A program made the translations under genes and the position numbers. From contig OZ316897.1 in the NCBI GenBank assembly GCA_973895155.1, positions 21,675,455 through 21,739,454 on the forward strand: a stretch of 64,000 nucleotides of DNA, given 5' to 3'. The notes below the pieces were generated by a model. It was not told where the DNA came from and searched no databases. It worked only from the letters and a program-made list of their open reading frames with translations. Each line of letters starts with the position of its first letter. Positions within the stretch are counted from its first letter, which is position 1. Positions 26,453-39,677 of this stretch are shown piece by piece. Source of the stretch: Marsupella aquatica (taxonomy: Eukaryota > Plantae > Marchantiophyta).

Positions 26453-29026
26453 CATTGGAAGTGATTTTTTTCTAATTCGGCATACTCTGTTCAGGCATCA
26501 GCTTCATAAGCTTACCTTTCCTCGAATGGTAATAAAGGTCTTGCCCTCAAAACCCGAGGGGATAATGCAATAGTGGGACTTGGTCAATATTCTTACTCAC
26601 AATACTTCCGTCCATGTGCTCTGCATGGGAGGACTCGAAGCTTGAGGACTTAAAGCTCCAGAATCTTGATTGTTCCCACCTTTATCACTGATTCAACATC
26701 TTAGACTGTTGGATGCTGGTGGAGGGTTAAACTTTTCCATGGCTACTTTGAAGAGGTCTAGAATCTGTGCTAGCCTTAAAACTGTAGTAGACGAGGTCCT
26801 GGTCAATATTCTGAGACGCCCGATGCAAAGGTGGTCTTAATGATGGGTATGTGTTCTTGTTCATTCGTGAGTTTGATTTTCATATCTGACGGTTGCATGA
26901 ACGCCAGGTCACTTGAGATGAGATTGTCCTTTCCTGGCAAGAATGACAGATAGCATCCTGAGCTTGAAGGCACTTCTTGAAGGTACCTTTCGAGTATGCT
27001 CTCCCTCATCCGGTTAGACAATCTTTCCTTCCGCTCGACCTTTACATAAAATTCTCTTAGTTTAAAGATGGTTTAGATTCCCATAGTAGGAGGCCAACGC
27101 AAAACTCTTCTGAAGTAACTCTTCGGAACGAAACAAATACCGATTCTTTTACAAATGGCGAATTGGAGAGAATGTGTTTACCACAATGTCCATCCCCGCA
27201 AATTACAGTTCTGGCTGCATCAGTCATAGGTCGGTCATACCATTTTCATCTCACCTGGGAACTCAGAGCAAACTATTGTGACTGACCACACGAACAAACC
27301 AAAATGCAATGCGATTCCATTGAATCTGGAAGGGACGAAGTAAGTCCCCGCCGTGCCAGGACTGCCTTTCAATAAGAGAGATACCTACACTAAAAGGGGT
27401 GCGCAAGTCTTACCACGATTCAGCGATCGAAACGGGAAAAACTATGGTATTCTCTCCAAGCAGAACTTCGAACCAATGTGGCAATTATTGCACTCGAGCG
27501 ATATGACTTGTCCTCGACGTACTGTTTGGCACCTTCAGTGTACCTCAATCCCGTTAAGGACAAATACTCGGGGTCAACTACTATGATCTCAAACATAGTA
27601 CAAATGGACCGAGATTTACAATTCACCTCCAACGCTGCAATTCGAGAGTATAAGGTGGTGAACACTACTTATTCACATGCTACCTAGTTAGTACAAATTC
27701 GACTATGTGTGCCAGCGACTCTACAATGGGCTCGATGGACAAAATCTACCGGCAGTAGACGAAATCTTCGGAACTGGGGAACTGAATAGTCGAACATATC
27801 CAGGAACAATTCAGCAGTTAAGTATTCGGACAGGAGGGTCCTTAGTGCACATAGAAACTGGAGTAACCTTCCATTTCCTATCGCACTGTTGAGAGAATCG
27901 AGAATTCATCTACACACATGTGCTCGATGTCACCCACGGCGAAGCCAAAGGGTCTTGCTTGCTTAGATATTTAAACACTGCCTCACGATGTTTAAATCAT
28001 TCTTCTCTGCCACGGGCGACTCTTCAGAGCCCTGAAATTATTCGATAGTCACGCCTACTACGATTAGCGCCTTATTAGTACGCTAGAAGGTGAACGCCAT
28101 ACTCACTTGTTGAAGAGCAAATCTTCTGCAAGATGAAGCGGGCCGGGGAAGGAATTAGCAAACTAGATGGGAGAATCGGATACTCTCGCTGTAAAAAAAC
28201 CTTCCCGGGTGATCGCTAAACTAGCGAACGTTCACGTTCACAAACACGTCCTGAACTATCCCCATATTGCCACCAATCCACACTACCTTATAGAAAGGCA
28301 GTGATTTCTCCGTGGACTTTTTGGTGCACAGTGTGACACGCGGGGAAGAAATAATGAAGAAGCTAAATATGTTTTCAAAGGCCTAGCCCCTAAATCCCAA
28401 GTCTGTAAATCCAAGCTCCCACTTAGCAACAATCCATGTTATTCCACTACGTAAAATTCTCATGACCTGAAAAGTTGCCCAGGATCTCCTATACACTAGG
28501 GCGTCTCAAATATGAAGATTTTCCGTGCGGGACAGCGCCCGGGAGCATCGCGGGTTGGGGCAGCGGGCGAGACTGGTCGGGCGCCGAATGTGTCACCCGA
28601 CCAGTCATGCCCGAGAATATGGTCTGACCCGAATAGTCGGACCGCGTGTAACCGTGGTTACCATAGGGTTGACAGTGAAGGTTGGATGAGCCACGCAATG
28701 GATCGGGGGGAAAGCTGTCTACCTCACGACTCTGCGTGCTGCGAGCACGAGACAGCGTTTTTTGCGAACAGCTTTGGGCAGGTTTCGAACGCCATCGATT
28801 AGGTGCAGCTTTGTGAGTTTCGTTGTGAGAGCTGGCTCGAGGTGGGACAGCTTCAGCAAACGAGGAGCGGGCGCTTTACAGTGTGAAGGTCGCAGCTAGT
28901 TTAACGCAAATCTGTAAGGTGCTCTACGGTCATCAACATTTTCATCCCGGTTGCTTCTCATGTGATTTGCAATTTGTGTTGCGTCCTCAAATGCTATGAA
29001 TGTTTGTCTTGCTGCCATTCCAGGCC

Positions 29027-29635
29027 ATGGGGGACTGGACACCCCTTGCAGTTGTGGAGGATGCTAGACTGGCTGGAAAACTCGAGTCATTCCCACCCTC
29101 TCTAGTCTGGGCAGGGAACTATGTCGCCAGAAATCCTTTTCCAAGGCGTTTTACGTACTCTGCATGTACTGAGCCCCGCGAGCCAGGCGTTCCTTGTAAG
29201 AAGTCTCTGGAGTTTGGTCGGAAATGTGGGCATTCCGCCCCTGGAGAGCCCAAGTATCGATTCCAACTCATTTTATTTGATGCTGCGAATGGTGGCACAC
29301 CCCCACTAAGAGCTCTCATCTGGGACCAGGCAACTGTGCTCCTCAATTTGCAGCCAAGGGCGTTCAGCCTTTTAGATGAGCAAGAACAATTAGTCACTGT
29401 TCAAAAAGTGATGCAGAAATGTCATAAATTTCGTGTTTGGCTTTCTGTAAAAGACCCGGAGCTACACATCGACCGCCTTGCATTTGTGCATGAAGCTGCT
29501 ACAAGTAGTCCGTCCATTCATTTACGTAGCAGTGTAGCAATTCTCCCAGCCAGGGTACACCAATTAAACAGGCTGTACAATTTGAATGCACTCCCACAAA
29601 GCCAAAGAGTGCCAAAAAAATCCTGGCTGATCTGA
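29027..29635 (+). CDS. RPA1 C-terminal-like OB-fold protein with Zn ribbon (probable Harbinger cargo)
   Basis: FTYSAC-x9-CKKSL-..-CGH...PKYRFQLILFD...LRALIWDQATVLLN matches the Rep_fac-A_C pattern (YxAC..CxKK..C..YR..lxD....l[FW]D). The ATG at 29027 follows a splice acceptor (TTCCAG, ending 29023). The 3' end may be spliced differently. Confidence 0.65.
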   Translation: MGDWTPLAVVEDARLAGKLESFPPSLVWAGNYVARNPFPRRFTYSACTEPREPGVPCKKSLEFGRKCGHSAPGEPKYRFQLILFDAANGGTPPLRALIWDQATVLLNLQPRAFSLLDEQEQLVTVQKVMQKCHKFRVWLSVKDPELHIDRLAFVHEAATSSPSIHLRSSVAILPARVHQLNRLYNLNALPQSQRVPKKSWLI

Positions 29636-29920
29636 TAGTGCCTCTTCAGGACACCGACCTTACAGACTAGGTTCCTTATGACAGTGATATGCATTCACAG
29701 AGTGTCTCAAATATGTAACCAAGTAATGTAGTCCTCTGCCATGATTTTGTCATACCTTGGCATAGGAGTTGTTTTTGCATACTGTAAATGTGTACTTTAC
29801 CTAATGTATACTTTATTTTACATTGTATTTATGGGAATGGTGCAATGGGTGTACTAGTATGACTCTGAACATGCATTTCTTTGGCTTGTACCTTTTTCCA
29901 GAAACCATACATCGCTTATT

Positions 29921-31530
29921 ATGCCTCATGTTTCAAAGCGCCACATACAATTGAGGGAAGTCAGACATGAACTTCAACTAAACATTGCTTTGGAGTCTAT
30001 TGACTCTTCATCTGAGGCAGACTCACTTGACCTCTATGTGGGCTACCTGGAGGCAAAGGATCAGGGCAATTTGTCTATTTTGTCATCCTCAGCTGGTGAC
30101 TTCCATATGGACTCTACTTCAAATGAAGAGAACTCAGACATCTCAGACTTTATTCAGGACAACAAAGTTCCTACTTCACTGTTTGAACTTTACTTTTTAA
30201 TGTACAACACCAGGTTCTTTGTCCCAAGGCACATTACTAGCAAGTCGAATGAGTTTGTCACCCAATACTTCCACAACTTGCCTGGTACATTGTTCAGACA
30301 GCTTACCAGAATGGACAAGCCCACATTCTTTGGCCTGGTAGATAAAATTGAGCAGCATCCCATTTTTGAGAACCATTCTAACTATGGGCAAGCCCCCATC
30401 ATTACCCAATTAGCAGTATGTCTTGATAGACTAGGCCATGATGGTAATGGGGCCTGTATCAACCATTTGATTCCTACTTGGGGAGTTAGTTGTGGCTCCC
30501 TAGTGAATTTCAGCAAGCGATGTTTTACTGCCCTAGAGGCAGTGTTGTCTGACCAAATTGCTTGGCCAGACATGAATGAGAGAGTCACGATTTCGGAAGC
30601 TTTTGCAGCACACGGCTTCCCTGGCAGTGTTGTCTGACCAAATTGCTTGGCCAGACATGAATGAGAGAGTCACGATTTCGGAAGCTTTTGCAGCACACGG
30701 CTTCCCTGGATGTGTAGGTCTCATTGATGGGTCCCTCATGCCATTGACATAGCAACCAAAGCAAGATGGAGAATGCTACTATGATAGAAAGAGTCGCTAT
30801 TCTAATAACACTCAAGTGGTGTGTGACCACAGGTGGAAAATTATTTTCATGTTCTCAGGTACATCAATTTCTACACTCATACTATTACTGGATTGTATAT
30901 TGTCATTAATTATTACTTTAAAAGTAAGAGGACTCACAGACAATTGTGTGTGAAATTCTTCAGGAATGCCAGGGTCGTGTGGTGACCTCACAAGTATTAG
31001 GAGGTCTCCATTGTGGGCCTATTGTAACGAAGTGGTGCAATGTATTGTTCCGGGAAGGACAGTACTTATTGGGCGACTTTGGCTATCAGGCTGCTCCTCA
31101 TTTAGTATGTTCCTTTAAACGTGCTGATATTTCAGAGAACATAGAGGACTTCAACACTTGTATGGCAAAATACCATGTGACAAATGAACATTGTATTGGA
31201 GTCCTCAAGTCACGTTGGCATTCACTGAAAGAGGTTCGTGTGCAACTGAATCAAAAAAAAGATTCAATCTGGATGGTGAGATGGATATTAAGCCTTTGCT
31301 GTAAGCTGCACAACTATGTTATCAATCAGAATGATGAGTGGACCGAGCAGGACCAGATGGAGAACCAGGATTCAATGGAGGGCGTTGACCCTGTTGAGTA
31401 CGGAGGTCTTCCCAGGGCATCAAGGCGTGCAACATCACAGGCCGGAAATGCCCTTTTATTGCAAGTCATGGATTATGCTCATCAATTTAATAGGGCCCCA
31501 GGGCATATTTTGTGGACTGCCTCTGAGTGA
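29921..31530 (+). pseudogene. Harbinger DDE transposase (HARBI1-like), disrupted
   Basis: FRQLTRMDKPTF, GFPGCVGLIDGS, YYDRKSRYS..QVVCD, YLLGDFGY and EHCIGVLKSRW, with an intron at ~30859-30963. An 85-bp tandem duplication (~30539-30709) causes a frameshift, and there is an in-frame TAG at ~30750. Confidence 0.9.
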
Positions 31531-32660
31531 TATAGAGTTTAAATTTTGAGCATGACCCTTCGCAGGTTAGGTCATGTGCTTCTCATGTGAGACCTGTAAA
31601 TCCGGTACTGGCTTGTTGGAGTTAATGTGCTTAGCAGTGGTACGTGTGGTACCACCTTCTGTGAACGATCTTACATGTGACTGCAGCACATGCGCTTTGT
31701 GATTCATGTGAGGAGGCAGGCGACATCTTCTTCCATGAAGTTTTGATGGATCTTGAGTCTAGTAGCAGTGAGACTCCACACATTACTCATTCGGCAATTT
31801 TGCGAAGTAGGGTAAGCTTTCGCGCAACACCCCTGCAAGGATGATTGCATTGTGAGAAGCGAGGGCAATGGAGAACTCTTGGCTTTGGCTTGTAGGGGGC
31901 TTGTAGGGCGGGGAAATACAGAGTCCACAATGTGGATAGCAATTCGGGCATTTCCGACCTGGCCAGAGGGGCCTCATATTGCGTTCCAAAGGCTGTATCC
32001 GGTCATTGAGAATTTTGATGTTGCTTGGCCAGGTGTGCAAGTCCTTGAAGTTGAGGCAAGGCGAGCCCTAATGTTTAGCGAGGCAGTGCTTTTTGGGAGG
32101 GAAGACATTGTGCCTGATGGCCAGGTTCCCATCCATGATTTACCAGTGATTAATTTGGCCGATTTTGATGAGTCTGAGGCTGCAAGCAGTTGTGTGACAA
32201 GCGCAATTGTTGGAACTGGGGACTTGGAGAGCACAGAGGTGTCATCTGTGCGAGATGGCCATGGAGATTCACATGCCACACCAACTCCTGGTAGTGGCGC
32301 ACCGTAAGCTTCAATTGGGTAGTACATAGCGGTAGTTGGGGCGAACCGAGATTGAGCAAAATAGCCCATTTTTGTATGTGAAGGGCGTAATCTTGCAGCT
32401 GAGTAGTATCGCAGAACTCCAATTTGAGGTGGATTTTTTGGCTGGACCTTGGTACCTGAGTAGCAAGGTCCCTGTTCTTTCGATGCATATTGAGACAAGT
32501 ATTAAGAACCGATTGAGAGGCAGTCATCCACAATGATTGAGGTGTAGCCACAGATATTTATTGAGCAAAATGTGTGTGACAAAATCACACAACACTTGTA
32601 CGCAAGCGTTTTCACCTGGTCGACCTATGGGCTAACCAAATCAGGGACATACGAAGTCCC

Positions 32661-34180
32661 TCACTCTATAATGTTCATCATTTCCCTAAAATGTTGTGGT
32701 GACCGATTTTGCTTCAGAAGTTCTGTGAGGAGCACTGTAGCTTGTTGAGCTTTGATAATACCGAGCTGATGTTTCAGCTCGGTTCTCGCCCTCTTATCTT
32801 CTTGTCTGCGCTGAAGGCGTTCCCTTTTGTCCAGGTGTGCTGATTGGGCATCTTGAAGTATCTTCTCTCTTAACGCCTCTGTTTGTCTAGCTTCTTTCCT
32901 GTCAACCAATTCTTGTGCTCTCCATCTGTCCTTGGCGTCAATCATTTGAATTCGGAAAGCATTCTTATCTTGTAACTACTCTGCATACACCTCAGCCAGA
33001 TTGGGCCTCGACGTGCATTATGTTGTTGATGGCCTCTTGCCTTGTCGTGCCCGTTGACTGCCTCGTTTGGTTGTCATTGTTGGGTGAGCAGATGTTGTCC
33101 CTCTGCTTTGACCTTGTGAACGGATCGGTGCTGCTGTCGGGATAGATGTTGGAGTTGCGATTGGCTCTTCAACGGTCGGTATGCTAGAACCATGAGGCTG
33201 GGATTGGGGCGAGGGTGCTCTTGGAGGCAGCAATTCATCCGCAGAACTATTTCCAGTAGTAGGAGGGCAAGAGGGGTCAAGGTCATCCTCTGCATTTGTC
33301 TGGGCAAACTGAAATTCGAAGTCACCTGCATTGCAAACTCCAAAGTAAGCACGTCATTTGTAATTGCAATTGCACATACTTGCGCAACCTATGTACTATG
33401 TGTTGTGGACATTCAAAAGACATTCAGAAGACATTCAGAAGTGAGTGGACATTCAGAAGGCAATGAAAATGAAGTTGCGTCATAGCTTGTCTTACCAACT
33501 TCACGGTAGTTGGGGTCCTCTCGGGGGTCCTCTGGAAATGGGCATTTGGATTCTGGCACCTCATCTTTGTCAAAACCAACATCGATGTATAATTCTGCAT
33601 GGCCAGGCAAACCAACAGCGATTGTGCTAGGAGGAGAAATGTTTGCTCTCTCCCCATAAATTGCGTGCATATGCTCAAAATGGGGGCAAATTTTCTCGTA
33701 CTTGTCAGCTAGTGTTAGACCCTGTCTCAACTCAGCGTCTGTGAGTCCGGCACCAGAGTCCCGCTTCATTGCCAATGCCTCTTTGTATTTCTTTAAGAAA
33801 CGCTGGTCAGGAACCTTTTGCCAAGATTATCGCCTGTTGTCACAAACTTGGGAAAGCCATTGTCATGCAAGTCGATCAACATCTTTTTGAAAATAGTCTT
33901 CTTTGGAGGATGCTTACCAGTGATAGATGGGCGACTACTAGTGCCATTGAGCATAGCAAAGTTCTCAGGCACCTCCAACCAATCCACGATGATAGCAAGG
34001 TGTTGTGGCAAGAGCTTCCTGTTATCGCTGGCTGGACCCATAGCTGCAGCTTGCGAGACCATTTCAGTGTCGGATTCAGGAAGCTGGGAATCAAGGATGA
34101 CACCTTCAGACTCTAAATACCGAGGGTGACTTGGAAATTGAAACTGATTGTTCATATGCAAAATGCCCTGTAAGATGTCC
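32661..34180 (-). pseudogene. Harbinger second gene (Myb/SANT-like DNA-binding protein with C-terminal coiled coil), frameshifted
   Basis: AIIVDWLEVPENF...KKYKEA...SGAGLT...YEKICPHFEHMHAIYGERANISPP, then a low-complexity middle and a charged coiled-coil exon at 32661-32945. Frameshift near 33800. Convergent with the transposase. Confidence 0.75.
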
Positions 34181-35546
34181 ATGTTTAATGTTGCTATTGC
34201 CGTCACCTAAATTTTCATGGACCTCGCGACATTCAGCGAGGGAATGTTGATTTGAAATGTTGAAAGAATAAGCAAAGCACTGACCTTGCAAAATATTACA
34301 ATGCGTTTGAAAAATCCAGGGGGAATTGGCCTCGTGTTCCTGTTGAGCGTAGTACTCAGGTTAACCGTGGTTAGAAAGATAACCATGTCACGCATATCGC
34401 CGCACAACAACTCAATGCTAACTACCCCAGCAAAGACTGGGCCGTGTATACCTAGTTTCGGTCTGCCCGACACTAATGAAATTACTTACGCACTTACACA
34501 AATGTCTTATGCATCTATTTCTCATACCCATAATCCTCATAGTGCATAGTTCAACTAGATAAGTGCATGAAACTACAATGTGTACTATAGTTGTTTGTTG
34601 CACTTATCAGTAAATGCTTCTAACATATGTGTTGCAGTCATTGATTAATGCATCTGTACTCTTAAAGACCAAAAATGCCCTTGTATAATTGTTATTTAGT
34701 GACAAGCAATTGCACTTATATACGGTGCCTAAGAAGAGATGGCTATCTCATGTTTCCATGCATCAGGAGGGGTGGCGACCTCTTGCCAAGGTATGTTTTA
34801 GCGAGTAGTTGAACCCATCTATAAGGATTGTGTGGTGACAAGTCTAGGCAAATTTGAACTAGAGCCTCTAACTAAGAAGAATAAGTGAGGATAACTAAGG
34901 CTGCATAAGAGATACCTGAACTCCCGCCTGAACTAAATCTCAAACCAATGTTAGCCAGGTTGTCAATGTAAACTAATTGTGTGTAGGGGAATTGAATCTA
35001 TTGCTTGGTAGATAGCCCAATCACTACCTAGGTATGTAAGTACACCTAGTACTTAGTCTACACTGGTACGAGAACACACCTAGTACATAGCCCAATCCAT
35101 ACGTATGTGTCTATGTGAGCTGGAGGTGTTGTAGTACATTCTTGTGATGGAACACTGGCACTGAAATACATTTTTGTGTTAGAAAACTGGCAAGCAAGCC
35201 CAACAATGGCTTGGGAGGAATGGCAAGCCTACACAGTCACCCTTCAAGAGTGCTCGGACTACTAGACAATTGTGTCACCTCATTATTTGGCAAAATTTTC
35301 AAAAAACAAATCATAACTTCCCTTTGTTAAAGTAGCCATAGCTAATCCCAAGGCAAGAGTTGGCAAATTTTTTGTTAGGAATTGACTCTCAGTTCCCGAC
35401 TTCTAGTTAGTTTGGCCTTACTAGGGTTAGTTGGCCCTTGGTTAGTTTAGGATATTAAGATCCACTTATTTAGGCTAACAAATTTGAGTTCCCTTTGGGG
35501 GGTATAGGTTAGAGCTGTTTGTTTTTAGCTGAGTTAGCCTTCATAT

Positions 35547-38500
35547 CACTACTACATATTGGCCCCTTTTGCGAAGGTGTTTTTTGACATCCGGAAGGTC
35601 TTGCAATGTCAGCACCTTCAGATAATTTGTGATCAAACACACATCTCAATATCCCATGCTCTAACTATCACAACTTGATGTTGAGAAGCTAAATACATCG
35701 CACTCCATTTGGGATTGTATTGACTTCGCAACGTGTTTAGATACTAGTTGTCTTGCAATGGATTTGTGAATCTGTGACCATCGCAACCGTATTCGAATAC
35801 CTTTTGGTTCATAATTTAGTGATACTAATGTAATCAAATTTGTATTATGAACCTATTAGCTTCAGAAATGGTTGTGAATCATATAGAGTCGCAAAGTACC
35901 GGAGCCATGTTGTTCACAAATTTGAGAACCTATTGTTATCACACTTACTGATGTAATGTGATTCACAAGAGGTTCAGAAATTCCTTCCCGACAGGTTCAA
36001 AAAATGTTTCACAAAGAGAGTTGTTGAAAAGTTTTCAAAATGGAAATGTTTGAGAGAAAACTTTAGAAGATGGAGAATGCATGTTTTTAGGGTATAAGCT
36101 AGGGTTTTCAAAAAGGCGGCATGCATGAGGATAGTTTTTCTAGCAGCTAGGGTTGCATATATAGCGGTAAAATGAAATTTCAAAGTCTAAGTGTTTGTAA
36201 GACAAAAGAAGAAAATAAATATGTAAATATAAATAAAACCATGATAGTTAATATAATTAATTACAAATTATACGCCCACAACAAGTTTGACTACTAGTGA
36301 TGCATCAAACTTGGTCCTCATCCTCTCCTCTGTTTGACACAATAATAACTTCAGGTTTTTCCGAGATAATGGAACTAGACCGTGGCACATATGGTATTAA
36401 TAACAACTAACCACTCCTCTGGGTCTGGTGGGTACGGAATATAGAAACACTGCTCAAGGAGACTTGGGAATATAAATGGTTCAGATGTTTGTCAATTCGA
36501 GTAAACCCACAGTCATCAAGAAGTACCGTGCGATTTTCACCAACCAAGTGAATTTTGAACCACTCACACTTGAAGACACACTCTTCAAATTTTGTATCCG
36601 CATCATAGGATATGATCAAGATATCTTTTTTTCCATAGTGAGGCACCACATCTCGGATGACATTGGTGTCATGGCGGCTACTTTGTGAATCTTGCATGAA
36701 CTTCCCTTGAACTCCACAGTCAAAAGTTCTACCCCTCTTCTCATCAAGGTCAGAGATTCTAAAATATCTCCCTTGTGTCCACATTGTTGTTCTGGTCTGA
36801 ACAAGTCTCAAAGGGCCATGAACAATTGTTCAAACCACATGAGTCATATCTGGAAATGTGATACACTCTCACCTTGGGCCACCATAGCATCCAACTGAAG
36901 TACTTTCTCCTTCATATACTCAAGGAACTTTGGAAAAATCTTTGGGCGACGACTCTTCCTCTTTGCATCCTCATAAAACTCTCTCCATTCTTCCATCATA
37001 GTGCTATTACTCAACATGAAAGTAGTCATTTGTGTCAATTCCACTATGGTCAGTAAGCGTGTTTTTTTGGCTCCTGTTAAGCGATCCTCCTCCATTTCCC
37101 TCTCTTCCATCCAACTGCGTGGACAACTAGGATCAACGGTAGCTAAGATGTTGCTACACTAGAACATACTCTCAGCTGCCAAGTATCCTATTGCCATGCT
37201 CCCCTCCACTCGTGCATGATTCCGTACATAAGCCTTTAACATAGCCATATACCTTTCTAGCCAATACATCCAACGACAATGCACTGGACCAACAATGGCA
37301 ACCTCCCTCACCAGATAAACAAGTAGATGCACTTGACAATCAAAAAAGGAAGAAGGGAGGGCCTTCTCTAACTTGCACACTACCTCAATCTGTTGCATGC
37401 CAATACCTCCATACGTGGGACCTCTTCTTTGATTTTCCTTTGAGCATATCCATCTCAACAAAGTGCCCAATGACCAGAGGGCATCTTGCACTTCTTCACT
37501 GCCCAAGCCTATGATTGCCACAGGAAGTATATATTGTATTAAATGGTGATAGTAATGTGGCTTTAGATACATTGGCCACTTATGATTGTCCTCCATCCCA
37601 AAAGCTTTCCGGAGATTGGCACCATAGCCTGTAGAAAACCGCATCTGTCCTATATGTTGTCAAAACTCTCTTCTTTCACCAACACTCAAAACCCAAGGAG
37701 CTGAAGGACGGTATTCCATCCTTGTTGATTCATCAACTGTTTTCCATACATTTGGATGTTGTTCTAGATCCTGGCATGCCTCCCTAAAATTATGGTCCTT
37801 TTCTCCATAAAAATGCTTGATCAAAGCCTTCCCAACATTTCCCTCTATATGCATGGGGTTTAACAAGTGATGAATCTTCAACTTAGGCCAATACGGCAAA
37901 GTGGCTAGTATAACTCCACCTCGTCAACCCACTTCCATCAAATGTCATGGGGTCATCAGGGTTTTCCACCCTATTAGCTATGGATTTCCAATGTGCAAAG
38001 GATGTACACTTGAGCAGGTATGTCATGCTCATCCCCATTGATCATGTCAAAGTCTGAAGATAGAAGGGGGTCGGGCCTCATCTCGTGTCCAAGTGAAAGA
38101 AACTTGGTGTGCCCAAGGTAGATTATCTTGTGAAGCCATCTTGAGTACTTGGCCATATCCTCAAGGCTTGGACCACAAGTGGAGCATGTCTTATACCCTT
38201 GAGTTTGTAACCCTGAAACAAACCCAAACCCTGCTCACAAAACAACTTTCTCAATTAGAGTCAAAGGATTTTAAAAAGTTCATGTACATACATAAATATG
38301 AGGGACTTCCTTCCAAATAAACTCTTTAATCCATGAACAAAATACCAATCCATACACCTTACCAGGATAGTCATGCATGGTCCACATATTGATTCCCTTC
38401 GATTTGAAGACACGTGGTAATTCCCTTGTACTTTTCTGACCATCATAGGCCCACACACCATCCCATCATTTCTGGAGTTCCCCAACCAATAGTGCCAAGT

Positions 38501-38870
38501 AGGGGTCCATGTTTTTTAACTTAGATGGACCTGGGATAATCAATGATAGCAATAAGAAATCTTTTTTCATGGACAACTATGGTGGAAGGTTGTAATTCAT
38601 AACAACCACCGTCCAAACTGAGGTAGGGCTCCTTTCCCACCAAGGGAGTGAGGGCTGACCCCATCAGATGCCAACCCCAACCTCATATGACGAGGGTCAT
38701 GTGCAAACTCTGGTCATTGTGACTCCACATGCTTGTGAGCAGAGGAGTCAACTGGCAACCGCATGACACCGGCCTCTGATCAATGTGTCTTATGTCATAC
38801 CGTCAATTTTGCCAAGTTAGAACATCTATACATATGCAACAATCAAGGAATAATGGGAAACCCTGGGCCC
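35547..38870 (-). mobile_element. CACTA (En/Spm) element 1, degenerate, truncated on the right
   Basis: CACTA terminus at 35547 with TTGCGA/TCGCAA/TCACAA subterminal repeats. Minus-strand Tnp2 fragments: MHIEGNV, FFDCQVHLLVYL, GPVHCRWMYWLERYM, FKCEWF. Confidence 0.8.
36330..38830 (-). pseudogene. Tnp2/TnpD-type CACTA transposase remnant
   Basis: ORF fragments 37660-37899, 37159-37644, 36844-37110 and 36407-36811 carry Transposase_21/DUF4218/DUF4216-like motifs, with many stops and frameshifts. Confidence 0.88.
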
Positions 38871-39677
38871 CCACTCTTAGGTAAAATGGGTCGGACGTGA
38901 GAACAATTCTAGGGTCGATTTAATTCATATTGAAGTAATTTTTAGAATTGGCTTGTAACTAAGCAACCCACTCTTTTATAGAAATGTCATTTTTTAAATA
39001 AGGAAGGGCACTTGATATTCCTCTCCCATTTGTTTTTGGGAAGGGGGTATAAAATTATCTCCGCCACACGGCATTATCTTAGTGGTACACATGGCATCAT
39101 CTAATAGGTACACATTCTATGCCTTTTGGTATGCCGAACGTTGTAATTTATGGACGAGGTTGTGGGATTTAGGGTAGGGTATCACTAGTAGAAATACCCC
39201 CTATTTTTTACTATAAAATACGACTGACTATGACTAAAACCGGTCATGTATGACTGAAAATCACTGACGTCGTTCTTGCAACTAGTAGTCGTAAAAGTGG
39301 TGACTTGGATTAACTTAGTCATATTATTGACTAGTGTCATTAGTCATTTTAGTGACTAGAGGGTCAAGTATTTGGAACCATACATCAGTCAAACATAAGT
39401 GTTTAGAATGACTTAGTTCGAGTCATATGGGGTTTTCCGTGAGTGATTGATAACACTCAATTGACCGCACTAGTTTCCGTAGATAATGCTGTCATTCATA
39501 GTCGAGACTGAGTCATTAATGTCACAAAAGCACCAATCCAACTAACAATGGCATGATAATAACTCAAAATATGAGCAATCCATAAAAAAAGAGTATTACC
39601 CAACATCATGTACTCCAAATTGTGGTCATATATTGAAACAATCCTTCACATTTTGAGTCTCAAATTGTACTTGGTAC

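Larger units (their letters stand above)
28498..34480. mobile_element. PIF/Harbinger DNA transposon (degenerate; termini approximate)
   Basis: Convergent DDE transposase (+) and Myb/SANT-like gene (-), the typical Harbinger pair. A GC-rich left end starts near CTA|GGGCGTCTC at ~28498. No matching right TIR was found. Confidence 0.75.
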
